A stretch of 64,000 bases of DNA from Limnothrix sp. BL-A-16. GTDB lineage: Bacteria > Cyanobacteriota > Cyanobacteriia > CACIAM-69d. The stretch is taken from contig CP166615.1 in NCBI GenBank assembly GCA_041937175.2, forward strand, positions 1,312,001 through 1,376,000. The letters run 5' to 3'. Below, one piece after another: positions 50,341 through 59,468 of the stretch. Under the pieces are notes generated by a model. It did not search any database, had not been told where the DNA came from, and worked only from the letters and a program-made list of their open reading frames with translations. The number at the start of each line of letters is the position of its first letter. The stretch's first letter is position 1. Both the position numbers and the translations under genes were made by a program.

Positions 50341-52041
50341 TTAGGTAGGCTGTCGATCGCTGTTGCTGGCATAGACCGGGCAACAACCATCGGGGGCCAC
50401 GCGCCGATCGGCCAGGGGAGAGGCGGGATTCCGGCAATGTTGCCCCCGATAAAACTGGCAAGTTTGGCAACAGATCAAGTCCGGTGTGTCGGGCCAGGCG
50501 GTGTTGCGATCGAGCACTTCCCGAGGGGACATGCCCCGCAACACCAAATCCGCCCCCTGCCAACGGACTTCCACCAACCCCGTTTCCGCAAAGGCTTTCC
50601 AGCGGGGGCTATGGACGATCGCATCGGGCAGATGCACCGTGGCGGCTCCTTCTCCGGTGCTGATTTCTCCTTCGTATCGCTCGATCGGGGCGGCCGGTTG
50701 GGCAAAGCTTTCCCCGATCGGCAACTCCAAAGCAGCGCCCGCACTGGGGCAATGGATTTGGTAGCGGCTGTTGAGTTCATCCAGGGCCGCCAAGCCCGCC
50801 AAATGGTCAATGCCCCCATGGACAAACACCACATGCTGGGGGCGCATGTTGTGGATCAGTTGCAGCGTGCCCAAGCCGTCCGAATGTTCCGACAGCTCGT
50901 AGGTGCTGTAAAGAATCCGATCGCCCTCATTAGGGCTGCGGAGGGGTTCGGATTCCAACCGGCCACCCGCAGCCGCCTGCACAGACACCAACCAACGTCC
51001 CGTCTGACAGAAGCGATCGCACAGTTGGGCCACGGGCAAATCATCATCCACCAACAGCAGGCAGGGGCCTTCCAACGCCAGATCGGGCCCGTTTTGATCG
51101 CTCGACAGCCGCCGCACCAGCGGCCGCACCCGATCGTCCCAAAACAGGTTTTGATGGCGGGCAAAATTCTGCACCGACTCCGGCAACCGATCAAGAATTG
51201 CCAAATAGGCATCACAGCCGGCCGCCACCTGGCGATCGACCCAAATGGTGAATTCGCGCCCTGTGAAGTAGTGGTGGCTGCGCAACAGCATCAACAGCTC
51301 TTGGCCCAGACCAAGCAGCGGCACGGGCAACAGCACCGATCGCCCCTGGGCCAGGGCTTGGCTAACCTGATCCGCTAGATCATTTTCCTGGCGGCGACGA
51401 CGCGATCGGCGGGCCACCCCGTAGGATCCCTCCACGATCAACACATCTGGCGCAAGGCCGCGCACCTCCGTGAGGGGCATTCCTTCCACCAACCGGCCAT
51501 TGGACAGAAAAAAATCGCCACTATAGGCCACGCAATATTCGCGCGATCGATTGCTGCGGGATTCGGCCCGGGACTGGTATCGCAACAGGGTGAGGGCTGC
51601 TCCCGGCAAATGACCAGCGGGCAACAACTCCACCGTCAAATCATCCGCCAAGGCCACAGGCGATCGCCAAGGAAGGGCCTGGCAAAACAGCGGAATCGAC
51701 TCCAAAGGGCGATCGAGCCAGTTGGTGGGCAACAATTGGGCCGTTTCGCCACTGGCAAAAATTGGCAAATGGGGGAACTGCTCATGGAGCTTCAGCAACC
51801 CGCGCGCGTGATCGCGGTGGGCATGGCTGCAAACCACCCAATCGGCCGGCATTCGGCCCCAACCCACTATTCCCGATCGCGGTCGGATGGGGTTTGGATG
51901 ATCCCACCCTTCGCCCAAGAGAGGCGACAGGCTCCGCAAGCCGCAGTCCAACATGACGCGATGGGTTCCCAATCGCACCACCAGGCACATCCCTTCGCCC
52001 CCATGGCCCACGGCATAGGGCAAGCACTCTAGCTCGGTCAC
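50341..52041 (-). CDS. Metallo-beta-lactamase / beta-CASP-type hydrolase
   Basis: LDCG, SHAHRDH, AGHLPGA, YSGD, EGSYG, HSD, VHG motifs; Cys-rich C-terminus. Confidence 0.88.
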   Translation of the reverse strand: MTELECLPYAVGHGGEGMCLVVRLGTHRVMLDCGLRSLSPLLGEGWDHPNPIRPRSGIVGWGRMPADWVVCSHAHRDHARGLLKLHEQFPHLPIFASGETAQLLPTNWLDRPLESIPLFCQALPWRSPVALADDLTVELLPAGHLPGAALTLLRYQSRAESRSNRSREYCVAYSGDFFLSNGRLVEGMPLTEVRGLAPDVLIVEGSYGVARRSRRRRQENDLADQVSQALAQGRSVLLPVPLLGLGQELLMLLRSHHYFTGREFTIWVDRQVAAGCDAYLAILDRLPESVQNFARHQNLFWDDRVRPLVRRLSSDQNGPDLALEGPCLLLVDDDLPVAQLCDRFCQTGRWLVSVQAAAGGRLESEPLRSPNEGDRILYSTYELSEHSDGLGTLQLIHNMRPQHVVFVHGGIDHLAGLAALDELNSRYQIHCPSAGAALELPIGESFAQPAAPIERYEGEISTGEGAATVHLPDAIVHSPRWKAFAETGLVEVRWQGADLVLRGMSPREVLDRNTAWPDTPDLICCQTCQFYRGQHCRNPASPLADRRVAPDGCCPVYASNSDRQPT

Positions 52042-52091
52042 AGGTTTGGGTTCCTTGATCGATCGGCCGCCACCGGGCCGATCGCCCTTCG

Positions 52092-52214
52092 TTAGTGAGC
52101 CGAACCGTTGCCGTGATAGTTATCCGTGTCGTAGAACCCGTTGCGCGTGCCAAAAAACAGGCAAGCCACCGTAAACAAACCGGTCAACACCGCCAAAATC
52201 AATTTCACATCCAT
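52092..52214 (-). CDS. ndhP: NDH-1L subunit NdhP
   Basis: 40 aa with a single TM and the signature CLFFGTRNGFYDTDNYHGNGSAH. Confidence 0.95.
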   Translation of the reverse strand: MDVKLILAVLTGLFTVACLFFGTRNGFYDTDNYHGNGSAH

Positions 52215-52436
52215 GGGACGCAACCACTCACACCAGCTAAAGGAAATAGGGGGGGAAGCTTGGGGAAATGTTAAATTCCCAAATTTCCCCAAATTTCATT
52301 GATGCCCCGGGCCGAAACCAAGGATCCGGCGGCGGGTTTGAGGCTTCGAGCCTTTCTTCTACCGTATCGAGCGGCTCCCAGGCTGTCAAATCGGGACGCA
52401 GCTAACGGCCCTGAGTAGATTGGGGCCAGGGCAGAT

Positions 52437-52471
52437 CAGACCCAACTCAGACCCAACTCAGACCCAACTCA
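52437..52471. repeat. 11-bp tandem repeat CAGACCCAACT x3
   Basis: Directly visible; followed by degenerate AATTCCAAAA repeats to about 52550. Confidence 0.85.
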
Positions 52472-52543
52472 GGCGCGATCGGTTGGCAGCAAATTCCAAA
52501 AAATTTCAAAAGTTAATTCCAAAAGCTAATTCTAAAATCCAAT

Positions 52544-53437
52544 TCAAATCGGGATTTCCTCGATCGCATCCCACAGGCGATCGAGCGGTTCCGTCAACGT
52601 CCAAGGCAAAGCCGCCACGGCCGATTCCGCCACCGAGGTCGATCGGCCGCAACGGCTGGCAAAGGCACACGATCGACAGGCGGGGCTGTGGGCCGGCAAT
52701 TGCGGCAGCGCCTGCCCCCCGTGGTAGGCGGTAATTGACGAGTCGATCGCCTGGGACATCTCCAGCAATTGCGCCCGAGTTGCTTGATGCCAATCTGCGC
52801 TGTATGCAAACGTTTCGCAAGCCAACTCTGGCCCGTTGGCAGCGGTTGAAGCGGCCGGTGATCGCACAAACCAGTAGCTCATGGTCAGGCGATCGGGCGG
52901 TAAATGGCTCGTTTCCGCCAACACAAAAAGATACAAACGGGTTTGCCAATCCTCTTGCAACCGATCGCGCGACAGGGGTTGGGCGTGAGTTTTCCAGTCA
53001 AAAATCTGCGCTTCCGTGGGCCGCGTCGCCAACAGGTCATACACCACAGTGAGCAAGTGATCACCCATTACCCAAGTGCGGCGATGTTCCGCATCCAGTT
53101 CCCAATCGCTGGCTCCCGATTGATCCCACCACTGGCGCAATCCAGCCCAAGTGCGATCGACCGCTTGATGGAGCGCTTGGGCTTCCGCATCCTCTCCTGC
53201 CTGCAAAACCAAGGACATCTCGGCCGCCGATTCAGCCCCCAATTCAGTGAGCTTGCATTCCGCTCCACGGTTCTGAATGGATTGTTGCATCAACCAATGG
53301 AACCGACTTCCCCAAACCATTCGTTCCTGTTGGTGGGGATTGGCCGGCAACAGTAAGCAATCCAAATAAAGATGTTGAAACTGTCGCGGACAGGTCATCC
53401 AAGCATTCAAAACCCCTTGGGACAAATGCTGCATCAT
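52544..53437 (-). CDS. PD-(D/E)XK nuclease (AddB/Cas4-like, 1+3 Cys)
   Basis: CPRQFQ, WGSRFH, YDLL, IFDWKT, QTRLY and C..C.....C motifs. Confidence 0.85.
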   Translation of the reverse strand: MMQHLSQGVLNAWMTCPRQFQHLYLDCLLLPANPHQQERMVWGSRFHWLMQQSIQNRGAECKLTELGAESAAEMSLVLQAGEDAEAQALHQAVDRTWAGLRQWWDQSGASDWELDAEHRRTWVMGDHLLTVVYDLLATRPTEAQIFDWKTHAQPLSRDRLQEDWQTRLYLFVLAETSHLPPDRLTMSYWFVRSPAASTAANGPELACETFAYSADWHQATRAQLLEMSQAIDSSITAYHGGQALPQLPAHSPACRSCAFASRCGRSTSVAESAVAALPWTLTEPLDRLWDAIEEIPI

Positions 53438-53464
53438 GCAAGGCAATATGGCTATCCAAAGCCA

Positions 53465-54070
53465 TTAAAAATCAAGTTCTTGAAATAATTCAGCGATCGG
53501 GAGGCTGAAACCTGGAATGATCGCTTCACCATCGAGGCGATCGGCTGTTTTGAGCAGGCGATCGGGTTCTTGGGGCGATCGATAAACCAAAATATAGCGC
53601 TGCTTTGGATTAATCACCCACATTAACCTTGTGCCGTTAGCAAAATATTCCGTGATTTTCCCGTCAATTTCTTCGACGGTGTTTCCTGGCGATAATCCTG
53701 GCAATAATACTTCTACGGCTAAGTCGGGTGCGCCTTCGAGAAATCCGGTGGGAAGGGTGGTGAATCCTTGAAGTCGGTTTTTGGCAAAAAAGGCTAAATC
53801 AGGCGATCGGGTGTTGCCATTTTGCATCTTGAAGCCAGTACTGGAATCAAACAGCAATCCCGGTTTTTGGCTCCGAATATAACTCCCCAATAAAATGATC
53901 AAGGTGCTGCAAATATAGCCATGTAAAGCACCGGAGTTTCCCAGATCAATGAGTTGATGATTGACGATTTCGTAGCGATGGCCGTCGTTGGGCAGCGCCA
54001 TGAAGGCGGCATCTGTCCAAGGAGATGAGGCGGAGGATTCGGGGGTGGGTCGCGGTTGCGTGAGGGTCAT
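53465..54070 (-). CDS. Uma2 family endonuclease with a 4-aa duplication next to the catalytic motif
   Basis: GHRYEIV, DSSTGF, RSPDLAF, APDLAVEVL(LPGL)SPGNT, EYF.NG.RL.W. Confidence 0.88.
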   Translation of the reverse strand: MTLTQPRPTPESSASSPWTDAAFMALPNDGHRYEIVNHQLIDLGNSGALHGYICSTLIILLGSYIRSQKPGLLFDSSTGFKMQNGNTRSPDLAFFAKNRLQGFTTLPTGFLEGAPDLAVEVLLPGLSPGNTVEEIDGKITEYFANGTRLMWVINPKQRYILVYRSPQEPDRLLKTADRLDGEAIIPGFSLPIAELFQELDF

Positions 54071-54216
54071 GGCTGGCCTCGGGCGATCGCCTGGGAATAG
54101 ACCGATTATAGCGATCGCCCCTGGGCTGACCCAGAGCGGTTGACAGGGCATAATCGAGGGGATGCAGTCGCGGACAATGGCAAGCGAGATGACGCTGAAC
54201 CCCGGAGATCGGTTAA

Positions 54217-54780
54217 ATGGCGATCGCTACAAAATGGCTATTGGGTTGCATGATTTCGTACACCATTATTGGCATTGGTGTTAGCGCCTCAGCGACCCAA
54301 CTAACATGGCTTGGGTGGTTGGCTTTTGTAGCAGTTATGGCCTGGGCTGGGGCTTGGTCTTGGGCTGGATCTGTGACGGGAACGAAGGTGGTTGGCGATG
54401 TGTTCGGCCATCTATTTAGGCTTGCAGCCAGATTCTCGCCGAGTCTTACATTTGTTCCTAACGATCGAACCTCGAAAGCTGTATACGACATCTTGATGGC
54501 GGCTTTGATGCTGGCTGTGGGTGCAGTAGCCGTTGCCTGGACGATCGCTGGGGCTGGGGTGGTGCTATGGCGCGGATCGTGGGAGTTAGTGAGTGGTTAT
54601 GGATTGCTGTTCGCAGTGCTGTGGTGGGGGAGTTGGCCCCTAAGCTTGGGTATGCTCCCGGGATTCGCGGCTGATGACCTGGGAGGCCGCAAAGCATTGA
54701 CGGTTGTTTGGCTAACGTTGGCGGCTGTGGTTGGCTTGGCGATCGGGTGGTTGATTTATCGTGCTGTGCATCCTACCTAG
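54217..54780 (+). CDS. Multi-pass membrane hypothetical protein
   Basis: About five Trp/Ala/Gly-rich hydrophobic segments. Confidence 0.6.
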   Translation: MAIATKWLLGCMISYTIIGIGVSASATQLTWLGWLAFVAVMAWAGAWSWAGSVTGTKVVGDVFGHLFRLAARFSPSLTFVPNDRTSKAVYDILMAALMLAVGAVAVAWTIAGAGVVLWRGSWELVSGYGLLFAVLWWGSWPLSLGMLPGFAADDLGGRKALTVVWLTLAAVVGLAIGWLIYRAVHPT

Positions 54781-54831
54781 CCCATTTTGATTGCGGATTC
54801 GCCGTCATTCCGGTAACAATCATTTGCAAGT

Positions 54832-54889
54832 CATCCAGATTTGGTGTTTATTGGATCGGCTGGTCATCGATCAACGCAACATGTAGCGT
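54832..54889. promoter_or_regulatory. Tandem NrdR boxes upstream of nrdJ
   Basis: CATCCAGATTTGGTGT (54832-54847) and ACGCAACATGTAGCGT (54874-54889) fit acaCwAtATaTwGtgt and are 42 bp apart. Confidence 0.75.
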
Positions 54890-54945
54890 TGATCGATGAC
54901 CAGCGGCCTTTCGTGTCGTCTCAACTGTTGTTCACAGCCAATCCC

Positions 54946-57900
54946 ATGGTGCAAGAACTGAACCGCGCTCAGCAGCAACCCGTCGATTTCCCTGACCACG
55001 CCCCCACCGCCTACCCGGTGTTTTACCGCACCTACAGCCGTCGGATGGACGGGGAGCGGGAATCGTGGCAGCAAACGACCGATCGCACCCTGCGCGGCTT
55101 GGTCAAGTTGGGCAATCTTTCCGATCAGGAAGCGAGCCTGCTCGATCGAATGCAGAAGCGGATTGTGGCGCTGCCGTCGGGGCGTTGGCTGTGGGTTGGG
55201 GGCACGGACTGGCTCGAAAACCCGCAAAACTTTTCAGGAGCCTACAACTGCACCAGCACCAATGTCATCGACTGGAAAGCCTTCGGGCTGATGATGGACT
55301 TGGCAATGATGGGCTGTGGCACGGGCGGCGTGCTGGAACCGCGCTACATTGAACAACTCCCGCCAGTGCGCAACTCAATCACCGTGACGGTGACGGGCGA
55401 GCTGGGTACGGTTCCGGTGGGTCAACGCTTGCAGGAAACAACGGTGGATATCGTTGGCAACGCGGTGCGTGTGGTGGTGGGCGACAGTCGCCAGGGCTGG
55501 GTGAAGTCTTACCAAACCTTGCTGGATCTGTGCAGCGATGAGCGCTTTGATGGCGAAGTGCAAGTGGCGATCGACCTCAGCAACGTGCGGCCGGCTGGGG
55601 AAACGCTCCGGGGCTTCGGTGGTGTGGCTAACCCGATCAAGCTGCCGGAACTCTACGATCGGGTGACTCGCATCTTGAACCGGGCGATCGGTCGGCAACT
55701 CACCTCGGTGGAATGCTGCTTACTTATCGACGAAGCGGCTGTCACAATTGTAGCCGGAAATATTCGCCGCAGTGCCGGAATCCGCCAATTTGACAGTAAC
55801 GACGAGCTGGGAGCGACTGCCAAAGACAATTTGTGGCAGCAAGATGAGTCTGGTAATTGGCGAATTGATCCCGATCGCGACTCCCTGCGGATGGCGAATC
55901 ACTCGCGAGTTTTTCATCACAAACCCACGGAAACGGAGTGCATTGACGCAGTTCGCAAGCAGTTCTATTCCGGCGAAGGTGCAATTCAATGGGCTGGCGA
56001 AGCGATCGCCCGCAGCAATGCCGATTTGATTTCTGGAACCGATGAAAAGAAAGCGTTTATTGCTGCTTTTCAGGAACAGAAGGGCGCAGAGTGGCTGAAA
56101 GCAAAGTCACCAGAAATTGATGAGCGAGAATCTGCCCATCGTCTGCAACGCTATGGCTTGAATCCTTGCATCACGGCTGATACCTGGGTACATACAGAAT
56201 TTGGCCCGCGCCAGGTCAAGGAGCTGATTGGTCAACAGCATGGAACCTATGTCAATGGCGAGCTTTTCAGCACGACGGCAGAAGGCTTTTTCTACACAGG
56301 CGATAAACCAGTCTTCAAAGTAACCACTCGCGAAGGGTTGTCGCTGCGACTGACTGCAAACCACCAACTCTTGCGCGTGAGTGCTCAAACTCAAAAACGG
56401 CAGTATTTGGAATGGACTGCTGTTGAAGATTTGCAACCGGGCGATCGCCTCTCTATTCATAATCACCGTGACATTCAACCCTGGTCGGGTCACGGGACTT
56501 CTGATGAAGGCTGGTTGCTCGGAAACCTGGTTGGCGATGGCTCCCTCGCAGAAACAAGCTGGAGCGATCAAGGAATTCTGCGTTTTTGGGGTGATTCGCA
56601 ACAGGAAATGGCTGAGTATGCTGTGGCAACGCTCCAGAAAACGGTTGCCTGTGGCGCGAACTTGGCTGGTTCCTATCATCCCCATCATCACCTACATCAA
56701 ATTGCTTCGAGTGGCTTGGCGGCCCTAGCCGATCGCTTTGGAATTCATCGACGCGAAAAATGGGTGACGGGTGAAATTGAGCGATCGAGCTATGAGTTTC
56801 ACTGCGGTTTCTTGCGGGGACTATTTGATGCTGATGGCAGTGTTCAAGGCACTCAGCAAAAAGGCATTAGCGTCCGCTTAGCCCAAAGTAACTTGGCAAC
56901 CCTAGAAGCCGTTCAGCGGATGTTGCTGCGGATTGGCATTGTTTCAACGATCTATCAAAATCGTCGGCCAGCCGGTGTCCGTTTGATGCCCGATTCTGAT
57001 CGCAACTTGGCTCCTTACTTCTGCCAAGCGCAACATGAATTGGTGATTGCCAATGACAACCTCACGGAGTTTCGTGATCGGGTCGGCTTCCGGCAACCAG
57101 AGAAACAAGCCAAGCTCAACGAGCTATTAAGTCACTACAAGCGCAAGCTGAATCGCGATCGCTTCAGTGTCACGATCGCTGAAATCGCACCTGACGGAAT
57201 TGAAGCAGTTTATGACTGTACAGTTCCTGGCCCATCACGATTTGATGCGAATGGCTTCGTGGCTCACAACTGTGGTGAAATCCTAGGCGCTGATTTCCAC
57301 TGTGTTGCCGGGAATACGCTGCTGATTACCCGGGATGGACTGCATGAAATTCAGTCCTTGGTGGGGCAATCCGTGGAAGTTTGGAATGGACGGCGCTGGA
57401 GTTCTGTCACGCCGATTTTAACCGGCCGCGATCGGGCGCTCTTCCGCGTGAATTTTGCCGATGGCACGCATTTGGATGTGACGGAAGGCCACCGATTCTT
57501 TGTCAAAGATCGCTTTGGCAAAGACTATCAAGAACGGACGACGGCCGAATTGATTGACCAGTTGCCGAATCTGAAATATGCCCTCCATACGGAACCTTTC
57601 CAAATTGACCATCGGGATGGTGAGGCGATCGATCCAATTTGGGCCTACACCCTCGGGCAATTGGTTGGGGATGGTTCTCTGTGCCAATCCCATGGCAAGC
57701 CCCAACTGCAACTGCGGCTCTATGGAGTCAAGAGCTACCAGAAGGAATTGGCGATCGCGGGTCGCACATCGGGTCAACCTCGGTTCTATGCGGAAAACCC
57801 CGACACCCCCTGCTTGCTCTACACCGGCTTTGATCGAGAATTTGATCCGGAGCAGGTGCGGAACCTGAAGCAGACCGCTGAACCCTTTGAGGCGATCGCC

Positions 57901-59355
57901 CGCTGGAATCGTGAGGCCATTCTGCACTTCATTGCAGGTTTGATTGATGCGGATGGTTCCCTAACGGCGACCGGTGGCGTTCGCCTCTACCTCTCGGGCT
58001 ACGATCGCGCCTATCGGATCTATCTGTTGTTGCTGAAATGCGGCATTCGCTCTTCCATCAACCTGATGGCCCGGGCGGAAGAAACGACTAACCTAGGTGT
58101 TCGTCAGAAAGATTTGTGGTATTTGCAAATCACCGACTGTGCCGCCATTCCTTGCCAGCGAGTAGATACCAGCCGTGGTCATCAACCGGCCGCTAAGGGG
58201 AAATGGCAGGTGATTCGCTCGATCGAACCGTTGGATGGTCGCCACGACACCTTCTGTTTCAATGAGCCAGAGTTCCACAAGGGCGTTTTTGGTGGCACTT
58301 TGACCGGCCAGTGCAACCTGAGCGAAATTCACCTCAATCAAATCGATCCGAAAGATTACAAAACTCAAGAGGATGCCTTCAAAGCCGGTGCTCTATCGGT
58401 TGCTGGGTTGCTGAATCATTGCTTCCAAGAAGAGCGCTACCAATACAGCCGATCGATTGACCCGATCGTGGGTGTTTCCTTCACCGGTTTGTTCGATTTC
58501 TTTGTGCAAGCCTTTGGGGTCGATTGGTTGCGCTGGTGGGAAGCGGGTCGCCCGGACAGCGTGCAAGGTTTGGAATTTAAAGACCAGGAGCGGCAATACC
58601 TCAGCCGTTGGCGGGAAATTGTCCATCAAACGGTTTGGGATTACTGCGATCGCCATGGTCTGCGCCGGCCCAATCGCTGCACGACGGTGCAACCCTCGGG
58701 CACAAAATCGCTGTTGACGGGGGCTTCACCCGGTTGGCACCCACCCAAGGCTGCGCGGTTCATTCGGCGGATCACGTTCCGCAAAAACGACCCGGTGGCG
58801 TTGGCTTGTCTGGACTATGGCTACAGTATTGTGCCGTCCCAGTCCGATAAGGATGAAAATGGCAATTTGCTGAATGATCCGTTTGATCCGCGCTGCACTG
58901 AGTGGCTGGTGGAAATTCCGGTGGCGGTGTCTTGGGCGGACTTGCCGGGGGCGGACACGATCGCGATCGAGCAGTTCAGCGCTCTGGCTCAGTTTGACTT
59001 CTACATGCAGGTGCAAACCCACTACACCACCCACAACACCAGCGCCACGATCGAGCTGCGGGAACCGGAAATCGAACTCCTGGGCCGGCGGATCTATCAG
59101 GCCATCCAAAACGACGAGGGCTACATCTCAGCGGCCCTGTTGGCCCGGTTTGACGATCTGCAAACCTTCCCCCGGTTGCCCTTTGAGCCAATTTCGCGGG
59201 AAACCTATCAGGAAATGTACGATGCGGCGCTCCAGCGGCGGCGGATCAGCAGTTTCCACGAGGCCCTGCGGCGCTATGACAAGGGCGAAATGGCGGAAGC
59301 GGGCCCGGCGGGCTGCGATTCGGACAAGTGCCTGCTGCCAGAAACGAAGGGCTAG
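54946..59355 (+). CDS. nrdJ: Class II (AdoCbl-dependent) ribonucleoside-triphosphate reductase with two inteins
   Basis: VFYRTYSR, LPSGRWLWVGG, AYNCTS, VAGNIRRSA, NP|CGE, |CNLSE, TTVQPSGTKSLL, C-terminal CDSDKC. Precursor 1469 aa; spliced product 764 aa. Confidence 0.96.
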   Translation: MVQELNRAQQQPVDFPDHAPTAYPVFYRTYSRRMDGERESWQQTTDRTLRGLVKLGNLSDQEASLLDRMQKRIVALPSGRWLWVGGTDWLENPQNFSGAYNCTSTNVIDWKAFGLMMDLAMMGCGTGGVLEPRYIEQLPPVRNSITVTVTGELGTVPVGQRLQETTVDIVGNAVRVVVGDSRQGWVKSYQTLLDLCSDERFDGEVQVAIDLSNVRPAGETLRGFGGVANPIKLPELYDRVTRILNRAIGRQLTSVECCLLIDEAAVTIVAGNIRRSAGIRQFDSNDELGATAKDNLWQQDESGNWRIDPDRDSLRMANHSRVFHHKPTETECIDAVRKQFYSGEGAIQWAGEAIARSNADLISGTDEKKAFIAAFQEQKGAEWLKAKSPEIDERESAHRLQRYGLNPCITADTWVHTEFGPRQVKELIGQQHGTYVNGELFSTTAEGFFYTGDKPVFKVTTREGLSLRLTANHQLLRVSAQTQKRQYLEWTAVEDLQPGDRLSIHNHRDIQPWSGHGTSDEGWLLGNLVGDGSLAETSWSDQGILRFWGDSQQEMAEYAVATLQKTVACGANLAGSYHPHHHLHQIASSGLAALADRFGIHRREKWVTGEIERSSYEFHCGFLRGLFDADGSVQGTQQKGISVRLAQSNLATLEAVQRMLLRIGIVSTIYQNRRPAGVRLMPDSDRNLAPYFCQAQHELVIANDNLTEFRDRVGFRQPEKQAKLNELLSHYKRKLNRDRFSVTIAEIAPDGIEAVYDCTVPGPSRFDANGFVAHNCGEILGADFHCVAGNTLLITRDGLHEIQSLVGQSVEVWNGRRWSSVTPILTGRDRALFRVNFADGTHLDVTEGHRFFVKDRFGKDYQERTTAELIDQLPNLKYALHTEPFQIDHRDGEAIDPIWAYTLGQLVGDGSLCQSHGKPQLQLRLYGVKSYQKELAIAGRTSGQPRFYAENPDTPCLLYTGFDREFDPEQVRNLKQTAEPFEAIARWNREAILHFIAGLIDADGSLTATGGVRLYLSGYDRAYRIYLLLLKCGIRSSINLMARAEETTNLGVRQKDLWYLQITDCAAIPCQRVDTSRGHQPAAKGKWQVIRSIEPLDGRHDTFCFNEPEFHKGVFGGTLTGQCNLSEIHLNQIDPKDYKTQEDAFKAGALSVAGLLNHCFQEERYQYSRSIDPIVGVSFTGLFDFFVQAFGVDWLRWWEAGRPDSVQGLEFKDQERQYLSRWREIVHQTVWDYCDRHGLRRPNRCTTVQPSGTKSLLTGASPGWHPPKAARFIRRITFRKNDPVALACLDYGYSIVPSQSDKDENGNLLNDPFDPRCTEWLVEIPVAVSWADLPGADTIAIEQFSALAQFDFYMQVQTHYTTHNTSATIELREPEIELLGRRIYQAIQNDEGYISAALLARFDDLQTFPRLPFEPISRETYQEMYDAALQRRRISSFHEALRRYDKGEMAEAGPAGCDSDKCLLPETKG
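56167..57270 (+). mobile_element. Intein 1 (368 aa) with LAGLIDADG homing endonuclease
   Basis: Starts CITADTWV; block B LTANH; LLGNLVGDG and FLRGLFDADG; block F VYDCTV; ends VAHN before Cys. Confidence 0.95.
57301..58311 (+). mobile_element. Intein 2 (337 aa) with LAGLIDADG endonuclease and atypical Gly-Gln C-terminus
   Basis: Starts CVAGNTLL; block B VTEGH; TLGQLVGDG and FIAGLIDADG; ends GTLTGQ before CNLSE. Confidence 0.92.
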
Positions 59356-59468
59356 GGCCGGGGGCGATCGCACCGGTTGAGGCTGGGGCCTATCATGATC
59401 AGCCCAAATGGCTGATTTTCAGCGCCCCGGCCATCCTAGACTAAAATCTGTCTTGGGTTGGTTTTGGG

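Noticed and set aside
52544..53437. cas4 of a CRISPR-Cas locus
   Set aside because: The 1+3 Cys PD-(D/E)XK fold is shared with AddB-like nucleases; no cas1, cas2 or array is nearby.
54841..54945. N-terminal extension of nrdJ from TTG 54841
   Set aside because: It runs through the NrdR boxes and the palindrome; ATG 54946 (MVQEL) is the more plausible start.
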